Shown here one piece after another: positions 7,761-18,203 of a stretch of DNA of 64,000 nt. The position numbers and the translations under genes are program-made. The DNA is from Thalassocella blandensis. GTDB lineage: Bacteria > Pseudomonadota > Gammaproteobacteria > Pseudomonadales > Cellvibrionaceae. The notes under the pieces were generated by a model. That model worked only from the letters and a program-made list of their open reading frames with translations, had not been told where the DNA came from and ran no database searches. The DNA is taken from the NCBI GenBank assembly GCA_945882995.1, contig CAMCXE010000001.1, positions 2,084 through 66,083 of the forward strand. Reading direction: 5' to 3'. How positions within the stretch are numbered: position 1 is the first letter of the stretch; each line of letters opens with the position of its first letter.

Positions 7761-10577
7761 TCAGTCTCGCGCTCGGTTAATACGGCCTTTGGCGAGCTGC
7801 TCACCGATCATTACAGCGGCTTCCATTTCGTCGATGCCGTGTTCATTCATGAGTTTTTTGCGCGCCCGTTTTTCGTCTTTTTCGGTCATACCCAAAGCCA
7901 AACACAATCCCGGTGGCACCATGCGAAATAGCCCTTGCACGTTGTCACTCATAATTACGCCCTCGGTGTATTTGCCCGAGGCCTTGCGGGTGGATAAGAG
8001 CATTTGCCGCTGGTCGTCACTCAGGGCTTTGAATTTTTCGATATTGGTTAATTCGCCCTGGTCGATGAACAAACACATCCACCACTCAAACATGGCCAGC
8101 ATTTTTTCGGAGTCGGCGGGGTAATCTTTCATGTTTTGGGTGGCCTGCCAGAGCCATAAACCCATACGACGACCCAACAATTTGGATACCACTACCAAGT
8201 AGGAGGCGAGCAATTTATTGGTGGTAATAACGTGGGCTTCGTCGGTTAAATTAATGGTGGGCCGCCCGTCACGCTGAGTGCGCTGAGCGCGGGCAATTAC
8301 CTGATTCACAATGGAGATATAGGCCACAGATAACTTGTCGCTGGAGTCGCCACCACTGGCCAAGGCGCCCATTTCAATGCGGATGTAGTCGGCGTCAGGC
8401 AGTTCTTCACCGGGGCGATTAAATAACTCGCCGGCAAAACCATCGGTAAACAACTCCATGGCGTCGGCCATTTCACTAATGCGTTTGGCGCTTTGCGGGC
8501 GATCAGCGGTTTGTGAACGCAAGGCTTTAATCACTTGCTCCGGCAATACATCCACCGAGCCACAGAGGCGGGATTCTTTGGCGGCTTCGATAATGGCTTT
8601 TTTCAATAGGCCTAAGTCGGAGCGGGTCATACGCCCCTCTTCTTTATGCTCCCCACCCGTCACCATCAGCCGCGCAATAATCAGCATTTCACCGAGAATA
8701 TCGCGGGAAACTTTTTCATCGTCGTTATCGCCCGTCTCGGCCTCTTCCAGCTCGGCATCGCCAGTTAACACATGCTCGATAATGCTGGATTCCTGCACCA
8801 CCCGACCCTCGGCATCCACCAAGTCCAGCGCGGGTTTAAATGGCGCAATGGAGGGGGATTCGCCAGGACGAAACACAATATCCACCGTGGATTTGCCGTG
8901 TTTTTTCAAAAACTGGCTAAGCAAACCAAAGGAGTTACCGGCCTCTACCACCACCCAGCGTGGGTTGTAGACGGCGGTAATGAGCATTTGCAAATACACC
9001 AAGGTGGCGGATTTACCGGCACCGGTTGGGCCAAATAAAAACAAGTGGGCATTTTTGGCGCGATCACCCTGCAAAAACGGATCAAAACTAAAACTCTCGC
9101 CGCCGCGATTAAACGACACTATGCCCGGATTGCCGGTACCCACACCGCGCCCATAAATCGGCAGGATATTGGCGAGGTGATGGGTGTAAATAATCCGCTG
9201 GCGAATATCCACTTGATCCAGCGACACATCGTAAGCGCAGGGCAAAAACCGCATGTAGCGATCCATGCGAAACACATCAAACTCGGGATCAATTAAACGC
9301 AATTGGTTTTTATTTAAGAGCGCATCCATTTCGCGCATACGGTCGTCCATGGTGTCGTCATCTTCGGCGCGCAGGGCGATGCCCATGGAATAGGGATACA
9401 GCTTATTGCCTCGCGCAATCTGCATACGCGCATTACCCACCTCTTCGCGTGTGGCGGCGGCTTCCGGGGTGTTGCCTCGGGAGTTTTTTTCAAGGCGCTC
9501 TAAATGCTTACGGATAATGTTTTGCGGCTGTGCCACATAGTTAATGATCAACACCGCACCTTCCGGCAGTTCATCCATAAAGCAGCGGGTACGGGCATTG
9601 GGGCCGGAGCGTTCTTCTTTGGATTCGTACCGCTCGGCTGAGGTTTGCCCCACCACAGGGGCGCGCATCATGCGCTCGATGCTTAACAGAGTGTGTGGCA
9701 GCCCATCAAAATACCAGTTTTTGGTTTTGGCATCGCTGCGCACATCCCGGGTCATTACATCGGAGGATAAATCGAATTCCGCTGTTTTATCGTCGTCGTG
9801 AACATAGGGATTTTGTTTGAGCCAAGCGTCTGCATCGCCTTTGGCGAGCTTAGGCTTAGGATTAAACCAGCGGAATAACCAGTTGCGGATCGGCTCGCCG
9901 GTAAGGCGTTTAAACGTCACTCCCGTGGCTTTGAGCATTTGTTCTACGCGCTTGCACTGAGTATCCAGCTCCATGCTGGGCGTCATGCCCTTGCGGCGCT
10001 CAGCCCCTATGGCTTGGCGACGGTAAAACACCATATAGACTTTGCGTTTGGTGCCGCCCCAGGGCAAACCATTAAGCGGGTCAACAAACAAGCCGCCCGA
10101 GGTGGCCATGTCGCGCACATGCTCGCGCCACACGGTGTCGATAAAATAATGGGTATAGGGGGTTAATTCAGCGTCGCGCTGACCGTGTACGCGTTTGGCA
10201 TGAGCCATTAGCGAATCGGTAATGGCGCAGAATTCGGATTTATCACTCCAGCTATAAACGCTGATTACCCAGGGTGACTGCGCCAACTCTTCAAACGTCC
10301 CGGTGATAAACGAGTTAATGCCATCGCGGATTTGATCCAAGTGGGCATCGGAGCGAGCTTCGGTAGCCACGGGGGTAAGGTCGTAAACTGCCGCAACGGA
10401 TTTAGCGTCCGCCAATAACAACTTGTTATCATCCAGAATATCCAACCAAGGCAACAAGCCGGTAATGGATTTGCGGCGTTTGTAAGCACCTTTTAAATCA
10501 TCATCGGTGATCACGGTTTCGCCGCTGAGCGGCGAACCCTTGACAAAAAAATCATTAAACAAAGCACCGAGATTCAT
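7761..10577 (-). CDS. Conjugative transfer ATPase, VirB4/TraC-like (PFL_4706 family)
   Basis: 938 aa. Walker A motif FGPTGAGKSAT, Walker B-like region LTDEAHV. Size and operon position are typical of the MPF-G ATPase. Confidence 0.9.
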   Translation of the reverse strand: MNLGALFNDFFVKGSPLSGETVITDDDLKGAYKRRKSITGLLPWLDILDDNKLLLADAKSVAAVYDLTPVATEARSDAHLDQIRDGINSFITGTFEELAQSPWVISVYSWSDKSEFCAITDSLMAHAKRVHGQRDAELTPYTHYFIDTVWREHVRDMATSGGLFVDPLNGLPWGGTKRKVYMVFYRRQAIGAERRKGMTPSMELDTQCKRVEQMLKATGVTFKRLTGEPIRNWLFRWFNPKPKLAKGDADAWLKQNPYVHDDDKTAEFDLSSDVMTRDVRSDAKTKNWYFDGLPHTLLSIERMMRAPVVGQTSAERYESKEERSGPNARTRCFMDELPEGAVLIINYVAQPQNIIRKHLERLEKNSRGNTPEAAATREEVGNARMQIARGNKLYPYSMGIALRAEDDDTMDDRMREMDALLNKNQLRLIDPEFDVFRMDRYMRFLPCAYDVSLDQVDIRQRIIYTHHLANILPIYGRGVGTGNPGIVSFNRGGESFSFDPFLQGDRAKNAHLFLFGPTGAGKSATLVYLQMLITAVYNPRWVVVEAGNSFGLLSQFLKKHGKSTVDIVFRPGESPSIAPFKPALDLVDAEGRVVQESSIIEHVLTGDAELEEAETGDNDDEKVSRDILGEMLIIARLMVTGGEHKEEGRMTRSDLGLLKKAIIEAAKESRLCGSVDVLPEQVIKALRSQTADRPQSAKRISEMADAMELFTDGFAGELFNRPGEELPDADYIRIEMGALASGGDSSDKLSVAYISIVNQVIARAQRTQRDGRPTINLTDEAHVITTNKLLASYLVVVSKLLGRRMGLWLWQATQNMKDYPADSEKMLAMFEWWMCLFIDQGELTNIEKFKALSDDQRQMLLSTRKASGKYTEGVIMSDNVQGLFRMVPPGLCLALGMTEKDEKRARKKLMNEHGIDEMEAAVMIGEQLAKGRINRARD

Positions 10578-10613
10578 TACTTACCCCTAGGGTTAATCTG
10601 CTGAGGTTGCGTG

Positions 10614-11150
10614 TTAATACTTGGAACCCGATGGTTTGCGGGCTTTTTTCCTTTTCTCTTCTTTCACTCGCACCTGCTCTTGCTGCACCTCAATGGCGTG
10701 CATCATGGGCCGGACGCTACCAAGGCTTTCACCCGGCATGGAGTATTGGGTGCGCTCATACATGGTAAATCGCGTGAAATACGCGGGTATGGCCGCACCT
10801 GAGTCCCCCACCACATGGGGCCGAACATACATAAACAACTCAGGATTCGGCAGCGCCGGATACAGGTGTTGTATTTGTTGAATATTCGGTGGCAATGGTG
10901 TGCTGTAATTTTCTGCCGCTATAGGCCGCGCCTGAATTTCTGCTTGGCGCAAGCGCATAGCGGCAGCGCCACCACTGGTGGCTTTTTCGTCATAGATTTG
11001 ATCCATGGTTTTTAAGTTTTGCGGTATGACTTTGTTAATGTGTGAGGTGCAGCCTAGGGCAAATAAACACACCCCAAAAGCCGAAAACCGCATCAGCCTT
11101 GTGCAAATTAACGCGGTAGCTGCAACACCATTAGTCGAAGGATTTGGCAT
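10614..11150 (-). CDS. Conjugal transfer region lipoprotein (TIGR03751-like)
   Basis: Internal Met at 11093 gives MRFSAFGVCLFALGC, a lipoprotein-like signal, and is the probable true start. Located immediately upstream of the ATPase. Confidence 0.55.
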   Translation of the reverse strand: MPNPSTNGVAATALICTRLMRFSAFGVCLFALGCTSHINKVIPQNLKTMDQIYDEKATSGGAAAMRLRQAEIQARPIAAENYSTPLPPNIQQIQHLYPALPNPELFMYVRPHVVGDSGAAIPAYFTRFTMYERTQYSMPGESLGSVRPMMHAIEVQQEQVRVKEEKRKKARKPSGSKY

Positions 11151-12612
11151 CTTTGCCTCCTTTGTGGGAATAAACGAGTTTGCGAGCCGCGCTGTTGTAG
11201 TCCACCAATAAATCGCGGGTGATGTGCAGTGCTACGGATTGACCGGGATTTACCAACACCACATCAAAGGAGTCGCGCACTCGGTCTTTGTAAAAATCCA
11301 TGATGGTTTGCACGGAATTCGCGGCGGTTTCATTGTTGGCAAATTTGACGGCATCACCCGTCACTACAGAACCACTCAACCCACTACTGAGCGCCTGAAT
11401 CTGTGTGGTTTCGGCTTGGGCTTTCGCATCAAAATAACTGCGCGCCGCACCCAGCACACCGATGGTGAAAAGCTGTTTCTCGGCATCAGTGATACGCTGC
11501 CCGCCAATACAGGGCACACCCTGTGAACTGGAGATATAGCCAATGGATTCGGCGGCGCGCCCGCCGCCGTCGCTGGCCAAGGGGTCTTGATCATCGGATT
11601 TAGCAGCCAGGCCTTCATCGGTGGTTTTTACAGCGTTTGGTAGGTGCTGAATGCGCCCATCGTGAAACGTAAAGGTGGCTCCCGTGAGGGCCACAGACAC
11701 ACAACTGAGGTTCCAGTTACCCGTAGCCACCCCTTCAAACACAATACCCTTCAAGCCGGGAATACGCAGGCCATTGGTGGCCAGGTTGTCGTCACCCAGA
11801 ATGAATTTCACAGGGAAGCGGTCGCCCACACGCCCGCCCACTGGCACACGGCCAATCATGGCGGTCATGGCGGTGGCATCCATCAAGGTGGCGCGGGCTG
11901 GAATGGTGTAATAGGGTGTGAGAATGCCTTTTTTCTTGTCGCCGGATCGTTTGCCGTCATCCTTTTTGGCTAAGCCGTTGTTAGTCTCGCCCGGGGTCCC
12001 GCCCATGGCGCCACTGCGACTATCCAGCCCATTCAACGCGGATTCACCCGGCGTTAAGGGCTTAACCGACACATAACCCGGCAACATGGTCGGCTCAAAG
12101 GCGGGTTGGTCTTTGTTGTAGCCGGATCGCTTGCGGCTGTCACCACCTTTTAAGCCCAAGTCTTCAGAGCTGAACTGATACCCATTGGTGGTGGTGTTTT
12201 CCATCTTTTGCGATTGCTGGGTCATCTGATCTTTCAGCAATTCGACGTTGTTTTGAAACCCCTCAAATTCGCTTTGAATTTTCTTAACGGTTTCATCACC
12301 CTCTTTACCGGCACCGGTTTTACTTTCAATGCGATTCAACCGCTCCGACTGAATTTTCAATTCTTTCTGGAGTTCGGCGTTTGCGTCTTGCTCCGCTTTA
12401 TAGCGCGCCTGCAACTGACTTAGGGATTCCGACACCGTATCGCCGGCCACCTCTTTTACCTGTGCGGTAGAGGTGCCACCCAAGCTGGGCTTGGCTCCAG
12501 CTTCCTGCTTTACGCCATTTTTGCCGGGGTCATTATTCGCGTTTATCGCTACCACGGTGGCGCCAACCGCTAACACACCAACACCCAGCCAGATAAGTTT
12601 ATTAGTACGCAT
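11131..12612 (-). CDS. Integrating conjugative element protein (PFL_4705 / TIGR03752-like), TM anchor plus coiled coil
   Basis: 493 aa with an N-terminal TM segment, a coiled-coil segment (LSQLQARYKAEQDANAELQKELKIQSERLNRIE) and a beta-rich C-terminal domain. Confidence 0.55.
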   Translation of the reverse strand: MRTNKLIWLGVGVLAVGATVVAINANNDPGKNGVKQEAGAKPSLGGTSTAQVKEVAGDTVSESLSQLQARYKAEQDANAELQKELKIQSERLNRIESKTGAGKEGDETVKKIQSEFEGFQNNVELLKDQMTQQSQKMENTTTNGYQFSSEDLGLKGGDSRKRSGYNKDQPAFEPTMLPGYVSVKPLTPGESALNGLDSRSGAMGGTPGETNNGLAKKDDGKRSGDKKKGILTPYYTIPARATLMDATAMTAMIGRVPVGGRVGDRFPVKFILGDDNLATNGLRIPGLKGIVFEGVATGNWNLSCVSVALTGATFTFHDGRIQHLPNAVKTTDEGLAAKSDDQDPLASDGGGRAAESIGYISSSQGVPCIGGQRITDAEKQLFTIGVLGAARSYFDAKAQAETTQIQALSSGLSGSVVTGDAVKFANNETAANSVQTIMDFYKDRVRDSFDVVLVNPGQSVALHITRDLLVDYNSAARKLVYSHKGGKDAKSFD

Positions 12613-13507
12613 AGCTATCCTCCATCAGCGCCTCAGCAAAGGGTTGCTCCGATACCAAATACACCGTGGTGCGATCTTCTAAGCTGCCCTTTGGTCCGAT
12701 ATTGATATGTTGTGCCGTAACGTGACTGAAGTTACCCCGCACTCGGGAAGGATCGAATTGCAGGCGAATGGGTGTGGCATTGGTTATCAACACTGCCGTG
12801 AGGTACCGATCAAAACCCGCCCATGCACCCACCACCTCCACCGTAAAGCGCTCACCCTGCGAGCTTTGCATCAGCGGAAAATCCCGTGCAATGGGTGTAA
12901 AACTCATTTGATTGATGCGTGAATCTTTCGGGATTAGCCGACTGGGGGCATAAAGTGATTGCGAGGCAAACCGAGTCAACATCACCTCGGGCGGGTCGCG
13001 TAGCGGCTCCTCGGCTTCTTCAAGAACCTGCCCATTAGCCGTCATTTCGGCGGGTGCTGCCTGCCCTTGTGAGTGCGCGGCCGTGGCCGCAGCGGCCTGC
13101 GCCTTGAGTAGCGACGGGTCTTCAATCACTAAATCTTCAGCTTCTGCGCGGGTAGCGGCGCCCACGTCCAACACATAGACCGTAGAGCCATTTTTAGCGG
13201 TGACAATAATGCGGGCTGGGTCAAAAGTGGTTTTGGCCGTCCAGTAAATCATTTGCTCATTCGGGGCCAGGGATGTCAGGTTTTGACTCACCCCTATGGG
13301 TACCTGCACCTGCACGTCTTGCGGGAAGGTCACGCGCACTTCTTTGCCTACGGGCAAAATCAGCGTTAAGGGCTTGTTATCCCACACGCGGCGCTGATCC
13401 GCCTGCGCTTGAGTCGCGCCCAGCAACAACCCGACACCCAAGGCAACACACAGGGGTGCGCGTAACGCACCGCGCTGTAGCGCAAAACTCTTATTACGGC
13501 TTGGCAT
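12602..13507 (-). CDS. Integrating conjugative element protein (PFL_4704 / TIGR03749-like)
   Basis: I placed the start at Met 13507 (MPSRNKSFALQRGALRAPLCVALGVGLLLGATQAQA signal peptide) rather than the track start at 13621, which would overlap the upstream gene heavily. Confidence 0.5.
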   Translation of the reverse strand: MPSRNKSFALQRGALRAPLCVALGVGLLLGATQAQADQRRVWDNKPLTLILPVGKEVRVTFPQDVQVQVPIGVSQNLTSLAPNEQMIYWTAKTTFDPARIIVTAKNGSTVYVLDVGAATRAEAEDLVIEDPSLLKAQAAAATAAHSQGQAAPAEMTANGQVLEEAEEPLRDPPEVMLTRFASQSLYAPSRLIPKDSRINQMSFTPIARDFPLMQSSQGERFTVEVVGAWAGFDRYLTAVLITNATPIRLQFDPSRVRGNFSHVTAQHINIGPKGSLEDRTTVYLVSEQPFAEALMEDSYAY

Positions 13508-14123
13508 TTTTCTTATCCTCTTCGGTTTCAATACGCGCAGGCTGATCATAAAAACCATCCAGTGCCATACCCATCTGGTTGCAGCTACGGTTGTCGGGCA
13601 CCACCCGTAAGGGGTACACAATGCCGGTATCTTTTACTTCTTGCCCCGACACCTGTTCGTACAGCCGAAACGCAATAGCCACGGCATAACCGTTATCACC
13701 CATGGGTTTCACCATCTCCAAGTTGAAGGGTTGTAAGGTGGCCAGGCTGCGGGTTCTGTCCAGCTCACCGGCCTTTTGTTTTTCTTCAAAATTGTGGGTT
13801 AACCAACGCCCAAAACTGGGTGTGACATAGCAGCTATAGGTTTTAATGGCGGCCGGATAATCGTTTTTGCCGGATACGCGCCACTCGTTAAGCTCCCGCC
13901 AAATATTGTGCGCAAAGGCGTAGGCATTGGGCGCCAATAACTCACCGGGCTTAAGCTGTGCGCCCCGGCTTAAATCCGGTGGCACATGCACCGTAAAGGC
14001 ATTTTGGCGGGCATACAGCAATGCTATTAGGCCTAGTGTTATCAAGGTAAGAACGACTAAACCAGCGCGCAGGGTCCAAATATGGCTGTCGCGGGCACTG
14101 ATGGCATGGCGTGGGTTTGACAT
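13494..14123 (-). CDS. Integrating conjugative element protein (PFL_4703 / TIGR03746-like)
   Basis: 209 aa with a single N-terminal TM anchor. Start overlaps the upstream gene stop. Confidence 0.5.
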   Translation of the reverse strand: MSNPRHAISARDSHIWTLRAGLVVLTLITLGLIALLYARQNAFTVHVPPDLSRGAQLKPGELLAPNAYAFAHNIWRELNEWRVSGKNDYPAAIKTYSCYVTPSFGRWLTHNFEEKQKAGELDRTRSLATLQPFNLEMVKPMGDNGYAVAIAFRLYEQVSGQEVKDTGIVYPLRVVPDNRSCNQMGMALDGFYDQPARIETEEDKKNAKP

Positions 14124-14470
14124 TAATTACGCGCTCCTCGGTCAAAACGGTCGGAGGTTTTCAGGAGAGATAACCCGAAAAATCCGCTGGCTTCTTTGGC
14201 CATGAAAAACTTTTCACTTAACCAGGTTTCATAATATTTTTGGCGAATGGATGCGATCCAATTCAGCGCCAAAAACAACAAACCCAAAAACAGCAGCAGA
14301 CCCAATATTATCCCGATCATCAACTTGCCAATGGCAATGCCGATGATCACACCGATAAATAAACCCACCGTCATGGACAAAATCGTAGCAACCACAATTT
14401 CATTGCCGGTGCAGTCCATGTACACCATGGGTTCGCTATTCACGGCATCGGCTAAACGGTCATCAAGCAT
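14123..14470 (-). CDS. Conjugative transfer region membrane protein (TIGR03750-like)
   Basis: 115 aa with two long hydrophobic helices (IVVATILSMTVGLFIGVIIGIAIG / IILGLLLFLGLLFLALNWI). Confidence 0.5.
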   Translation of the reverse strand: MLDDRLADAVNSEPMVYMDCTGNEIVVATILSMTVGLFIGVIIGIAIGKLMIGIILGLLLFLGLLFLALNWIASIRQKYYETWLSEKFFMAKEASGFFGLSLLKTSDRFDRGARN

Positions 14471-14496
14471 CTGGGTCTCCCGCTGTTTCGACTAAC

Positions 14497-14931
14497 TTAC
14501 GCAATCATGCCGCTAATCCAAGTGGCGAAGGCAATAATGGCAATCACCACAATCACGTTGCCCACCACTTCACCCACTACATCACCCCATTTGCCATCTT
14601 CTTCACGGCGCACTTTGTTGATGGATTTCGCGGTGTTTTTAACCAGAATTAAACCGCCGATAATTGCCGATAACCACAAGACGATTTTGATAATGAATTT
14701 AAAAATGGCCACAAAAATATCCACAGGGTCAGAAGTACCATCGACACCCGGCACATCCACCGAAGGCAAATCAAAATCGGCGGCAATGGCGCCATTGCAT
14801 AACAATCCGGCACCCACTAACAGGGCGCAGGTGCGCCAGCTAAGCAGCCCTCGGGCACGGGAAGCCGTGCGCACCAGCGCGCTTTTTGAGGTAGATAAAA
14901 ATTGTTGAGTGTTGGTGGTGTTGGTGTTCAT
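14497..14931 (-). CDS. ICE membrane protein (PFL_4702 / TIGR03745-like), candidate pilin-like subunit
   Basis: 144 aa with a long signal/leader followed by two TM helices. Position in the operon fits. Confidence 0.45.
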   Translation of the reverse strand: MNTNTTNTQQFLSTSKSALVRTASRARGLLSWRTCALLVGAGLLCNGAIAADFDLPSVDVPGVDGTSDPVDIFVAIFKFIIKIVLWLSAIIGGLILVKNTAKSINKVRREEDGKWGDVVGEVVGNVIVVIAIIAFATWISGMIA

Positions 14932-14941
14932 AGCTAATCCC

Positions 14942-15208
14942 CTAGGAGTGAGAGTGATAAAAAATTAAGGTCATAAAAAATAAAATCAAAATAACGCGCA
15001 GCGGTAAAGTAATAAGATCCAAAGGATCATGGTCTATGGAGCGGTGCTGGTAATCATGCCAGGCTGAAAAAATCACTTTCAGAAGGGCCATCGCCAGCAC
15101 AATAATCAGCATCCATGCAAATACCTTAAACATATAAGATGGTTCTTTGGATGTGCTCGCAGGCCCACTCAATGCCTGGGTAAAAGCCGCTCGCGTTCCC
15201 GGATTCAT
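14942..15208 (-). CDS. ICE membrane protein (PFL_4701 / TIGR03758-like)
   Basis: 88 aa with two TM helices. Position in the operon fits. Confidence 0.45.
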   Translation of the reverse strand: MNPGTRAAFTQALSGPASTSKEPSYMFKVFAWMLIIVLAMALLKVIFSAWHDYQHRSIDHDPLDLITLPLRVILILFFMTLIFYHSHS

Positions 15209-15222
15209 CGTGGCGCGATCCC

Positions 15223-15552
15223 TTAGTGCGAATATTCTGAATTTAAGGGTTCGATGCGTCGCGGTGAGCGCGAAGGTTTTTCGAGGTGATTAGCAATGGC
15301 TTGCTGCATCGCCGTTAAATCACTTTGCAAGGCTTGATAATCAAACTGCACCCGTGCGTCTTTTTCGCTCGCGGCTGCGGCTTGTGTGGCCAGCACTTGC
15401 AGATTGTTAATCTCTTTAATAATCGCCAGTAATTGGCGGCGCTCAGCTTCGGTAACACCATCACCGGCAAAGGCGGGGCAGATCAACGCACCCAGAGCCA
15501 AGGCCAGGGCGGATTTTTTCAGGGACGGAAACGGCAGGAATCGCATCTTCAT
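15223..15552 (-). CDS. RAQPRD-family integrative conjugative element protein
   Basis: 109 aa secreted protein. The C-terminal KPSRSPRRIEPLNSEY sits where the family RAQPRD motif lies, and the preceding helix LLAIIKEINNLQVL...DYQALQSDL fits my memory of the family. Confidence 0.6.
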   Translation of the reverse strand: MKMRFLPFPSLKKSALALALGALICPAFAGDGVTEAERRQLLAIIKEINNLQVLATQAAAASEKDARVQFDYQALQSDLTAMQQAIANHLEKPSRSPRRIEPLNSEYSH

Positions 15553-16085
15553 TGGTCGGCCTTTTTTGCAGTAATCAAAACGGGGTAATGGGGAATGTGT
15601 AAAATCTGTGCGATTTCATCCACGGTCATGGGAGCTAAAGGCAATGGCGCTAACTCGGCCTGCAAGCGTTTAAACGCGGCTTCAGTGGCTAAATTGGTGG
15701 CATAACCCTGGGCACCGCTGTGCAACAAATACTGTTTATTGTTTTGCGCCCAGCTCACTGAAAAATCATCGTCGCCCACAATGAAAAACGGCTGCACCAC
15801 GGGTAATGTATGAGCAATAGGCCCGTCTAATTCACCCGCCGTAATGGCTGAACGCACCGGATAGGGGTTAAAACGCACATTAGGCCGCTTGGTCTTTTGC
15901 TCGCGCACAAAGGCGTCTAAATCGGCTTTGCCCGGCACTCCCGATGCACGGGTACCGCCGTAATCTTTAATAACGATAGGTTCGGCATGGTTGGTGCCCG
16001 CCATCATGAGTAAAGCCAATACACCTACGCCCAACATTGCGGTATCCACGGATTTAGCCACGGCTGATCGCTCCATAATTCGCAC
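15549..16085 (-). CDS. ICE protein (PFL_4695 / TIGR03765-like)
   Basis: 178 aa secreted protein between the lytic transglycosylase and the RAQPRD gene. Confidence 0.4.
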   Translation of the reverse strand: MRIMERSAVAKSVDTAMLGVGVLALLMMAGTNHAEPIVIKDYGGTRASGVPGKADLDAFVREQKTKRPNVRFNPYPVRSAITAGELDGPIAHTLPVVQPFFIVGDDDFSVSWAQNNKQYLLHSGAQGYATNLATEAAFKRLQAELAPLPLAPMTVDEIAQILHIPHYPVLITAKKADQ

Positions 16086-16638
16086 AAGACGCGCTCATTT
16101 TTTTGCAGCGGGCATAGACTGCCTCACGATAAGGAATGGCTAAATCAGGGCGTGATGGCGTGTGATAACGCCCTACGGCCACCCACCAATTGGGCTTACC
16201 CTGATCCAGCGTCCACTGAAAGTTTTGCGCCAGTAATTTAGCGGCGTAGTGCAAATTGATCGCTGGGTCCAAAAGCACAGCAGGGTCTTTAAATAATTTG
16301 CCATGGGACGGTAAATAAATTTGCCCAGGGCCAACCGCAATACGCGCTTTTTGGTTGACTGCCAAAAATTGGCGCAGGGCCACCACGGCCTCTTGTTGCG
16401 TGTCAAAAAAATAGGGTTTTAATTCGACGTTCAACGTCCAAGGCCATGGCAAATAATTATTACCCTGCGGATGCTTCATGCCGCTTTCCGCCATCATCAC
16501 GCTGTAAAACACCTCCAGCGGAATACCGTAAGCATTGGCTACCACTTGGTAGGCTTTGGGCACCTCGGCTTGCGCCACACCCGACGCCAACACAACGGCA
16601 AAGCCCAACACTCGAAATACGTTCACCGGCAAACTCAT
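16054..16638 (-). CDS. Lytic transglycosylase (SLT domain)
   Basis: Signal peptide followed by VFYSVMMAESGMKHPQG, with the catalytic E-S motif typical of SLT-domain enzymes in T4SS operons. Confidence 0.65.
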   Translation of the reverse strand: MSLPVNVFRVLGFAVVLASGVAQAEVPKAYQVVANAYGIPLEVFYSVMMAESGMKHPQGNNYLPWPWTLNVELKPYFFDTQQEAVVALRQFLAVNQKARIAVGPGQIYLPSHGKLFKDPAVLLDPAINLHYAAKLLAQNFQWTLDQGKPNWWVAVGRYHTPSRPDLAIPYREAVYARCKKMSASCANYGAISRG

Positions 16639-17405
16639 AAAATCACCCGCACATAACCATCCGCCTTGTGCCAGTAGGCCGCAGGCAGATCCGCTAGCGC
16701 CGCTGGAATGGGGCTGATTTCATTAAAAATGCCGGCTTCGTAGTTGAGGGTGATTTGTTTGAGGTGTACGCGCTCAGGGGGAATACGCGAGGATTTTGCC
16801 CATGTAAATATTTCGGCTTCCGTGGTGGCGCCAATGACGTACACATCAATGTGTGCGGCGGATGCCATCAAGGGATTTAGCATGGCGATGCAGCGAGTAC
16901 TGCATTCGCCTTTACCCACAAAAAACAACACCCGGTCATTGGGTCCCATGTTTTTCAGTAGCGGTTGTTTTTTATCGAGTTCAATTTTGGTTCGCGCAAA
17001 CACAATTTCACGCTCGCGGTTATAGAGCGCCTGCCACTCCATCACCGCCGCCTCACGCCACTGGTCTAGCTCCGCTTCAATACGGGCGTAACGCTGTTTT
17101 TCCTCGGTGGAATTGGCGTAAAACGCCAGCATGGCCAAAGGCGTAGAATGATTTTCCCAAACCGCCCAAGGTGATTTGGCCTTAATCTCTAAGTAGTGTT
17201 TCCACTCAGTTTCACTGAGTTGCCAGTATTCCCAATCTTTCTCGGGCGTGGCGTTAAGGGCTTTACCACCCTTCACGGTTTTTAATGGCCCCTCTTCGTT
17301 ATACAGCCCGATCTTATTTTCAGCGCGCACCACCGACGCCAGCAAACACACCGGCAATATCAATGCGGCAATCAGCGAGGGAATGGGGTTATGGCGCAGG
17401 TACAT
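16635..17405 (-). CDS. ICE protein (PFL_4693 / TIGR03759-like), secreted, with CxxxC motif
   Basis: 256 aa, signal peptide, GKGECSTRC motif. The family call is tentative. Confidence 0.4.
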   Translation of the reverse strand: MYLRHNPIPSLIAALILPVCLLASVVRAENKIGLYNEEGPLKTVKGGKALNATPEKDWEYWQLSETEWKHYLEIKAKSPWAVWENHSTPLAMLAFYANSTEEKQRYARIEAELDQWREAAVMEWQALYNREREIVFARTKIELDKKQPLLKNMGPNDRVLFFVGKGECSTRCIAMLNPLMASAAHIDVYVIGATTEAEIFTWAKSSRIPPERVHLKQITLNYEAGIFNEISPIPAALADLPAAYWHKADGYVRVIL

Positions 17406-17410
17406 AGTGA

Positions 17411-18175
17411 TTACAGGCTCAGGGTTTGGGTGCGGCCAGAAGCCGACACCAAGGCTTGGCGACTGGAGGGGTCAGCATTGAGCAAGGTCCATCCGCGCCA
17501 GCTTTGACCTACCAGCACCATGGGCGAATATTCGCTGTTTTGACGCAGGGTAATGCCCACTTTGCCGCTGTAGCTGCGCACACTCACCAAGGCCACAGCA
17601 CTGGGCAGCGGCGCGGCTTCGGGTTTTTTCGGGGTTGCCGGTCTAGTGGCTAAACGCAGTCGTTTATCGAGCTTTTCCATGCGCGCTGATAGTCCGTTAA
17701 TGGAGCTGTCGTAGCTGCTGAGTTCAGTTTTAAGCGTGACTGTCTCAGCGCGCAGGTTTTCCAGTTGTGTAAATTGCTGATCCTGTTTGCTGTGTAGGCT
17801 TTTCAGGTCGGACTCAATGGCTCCTACGCGGCTTTCTAATTGCTCCAAAGCACTGGGCGCAGGGCGCGGCACGGCCAAACCACCAGCGGTGGTCTGTGCT
17901 GTCTCGGTGGAATCAGCTCCCGACTTACCACCACCACTCAAAGCGGCGGCAATTTTGTCGGCATCTAAAGCACCTGTGGTCTTACCCTTAAAACTGTCAA
18001 ACAAGGGCGAATAATTCCACAGTGCCGCACCAATCAGCCCGGCAGCGGCCAGCGGGACCATAAACCCAAAGGGTTTTTTCGGTTGGCGGCGTGGCGCTCG
18101 CGGTCTTTCATCGGGCGCGTCATCCAGTAGGTCGTGTGGCAATTCGTTATTTTCGTTATTCATGGTTGGCTCCAT
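17411..18175 (-). CDS. Hypothetical T4SS-operon protein with TM anchor and coiled coil
   Basis: Start moved to Met 18175 (MEPTMNNENNE...) so that it follows the upstream stop at 18204. Coiled coil LEQLESRVGAIESDLKSLHSKQDQQFTQLENLRAE. Confidence 0.45.
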   Translation of the reverse strand: MEPTMNNENNELPHDLLDDAPDERPRAPRRQPKKPFGFMVPLAAAGLIGAALWNYSPLFDSFKGKTTGALDADKIAAALSGGGKSGADSTETAQTTAGGLAVPRPAPSALEQLESRVGAIESDLKSLHSKQDQQFTQLENLRAETVTLKTELSSYDSSINGLSARMEKLDKRLRLATRPATPKKPEAAPLPSAVALVSVRSYSGKVGITLRQNSEYSPMVLVGQSWRGWTLLNADPSSRQALVSASGRTQTLSL

Positions 18176-18203
18176 AACAACCCCGCTTGAGGGGTAACAA
18201 TGT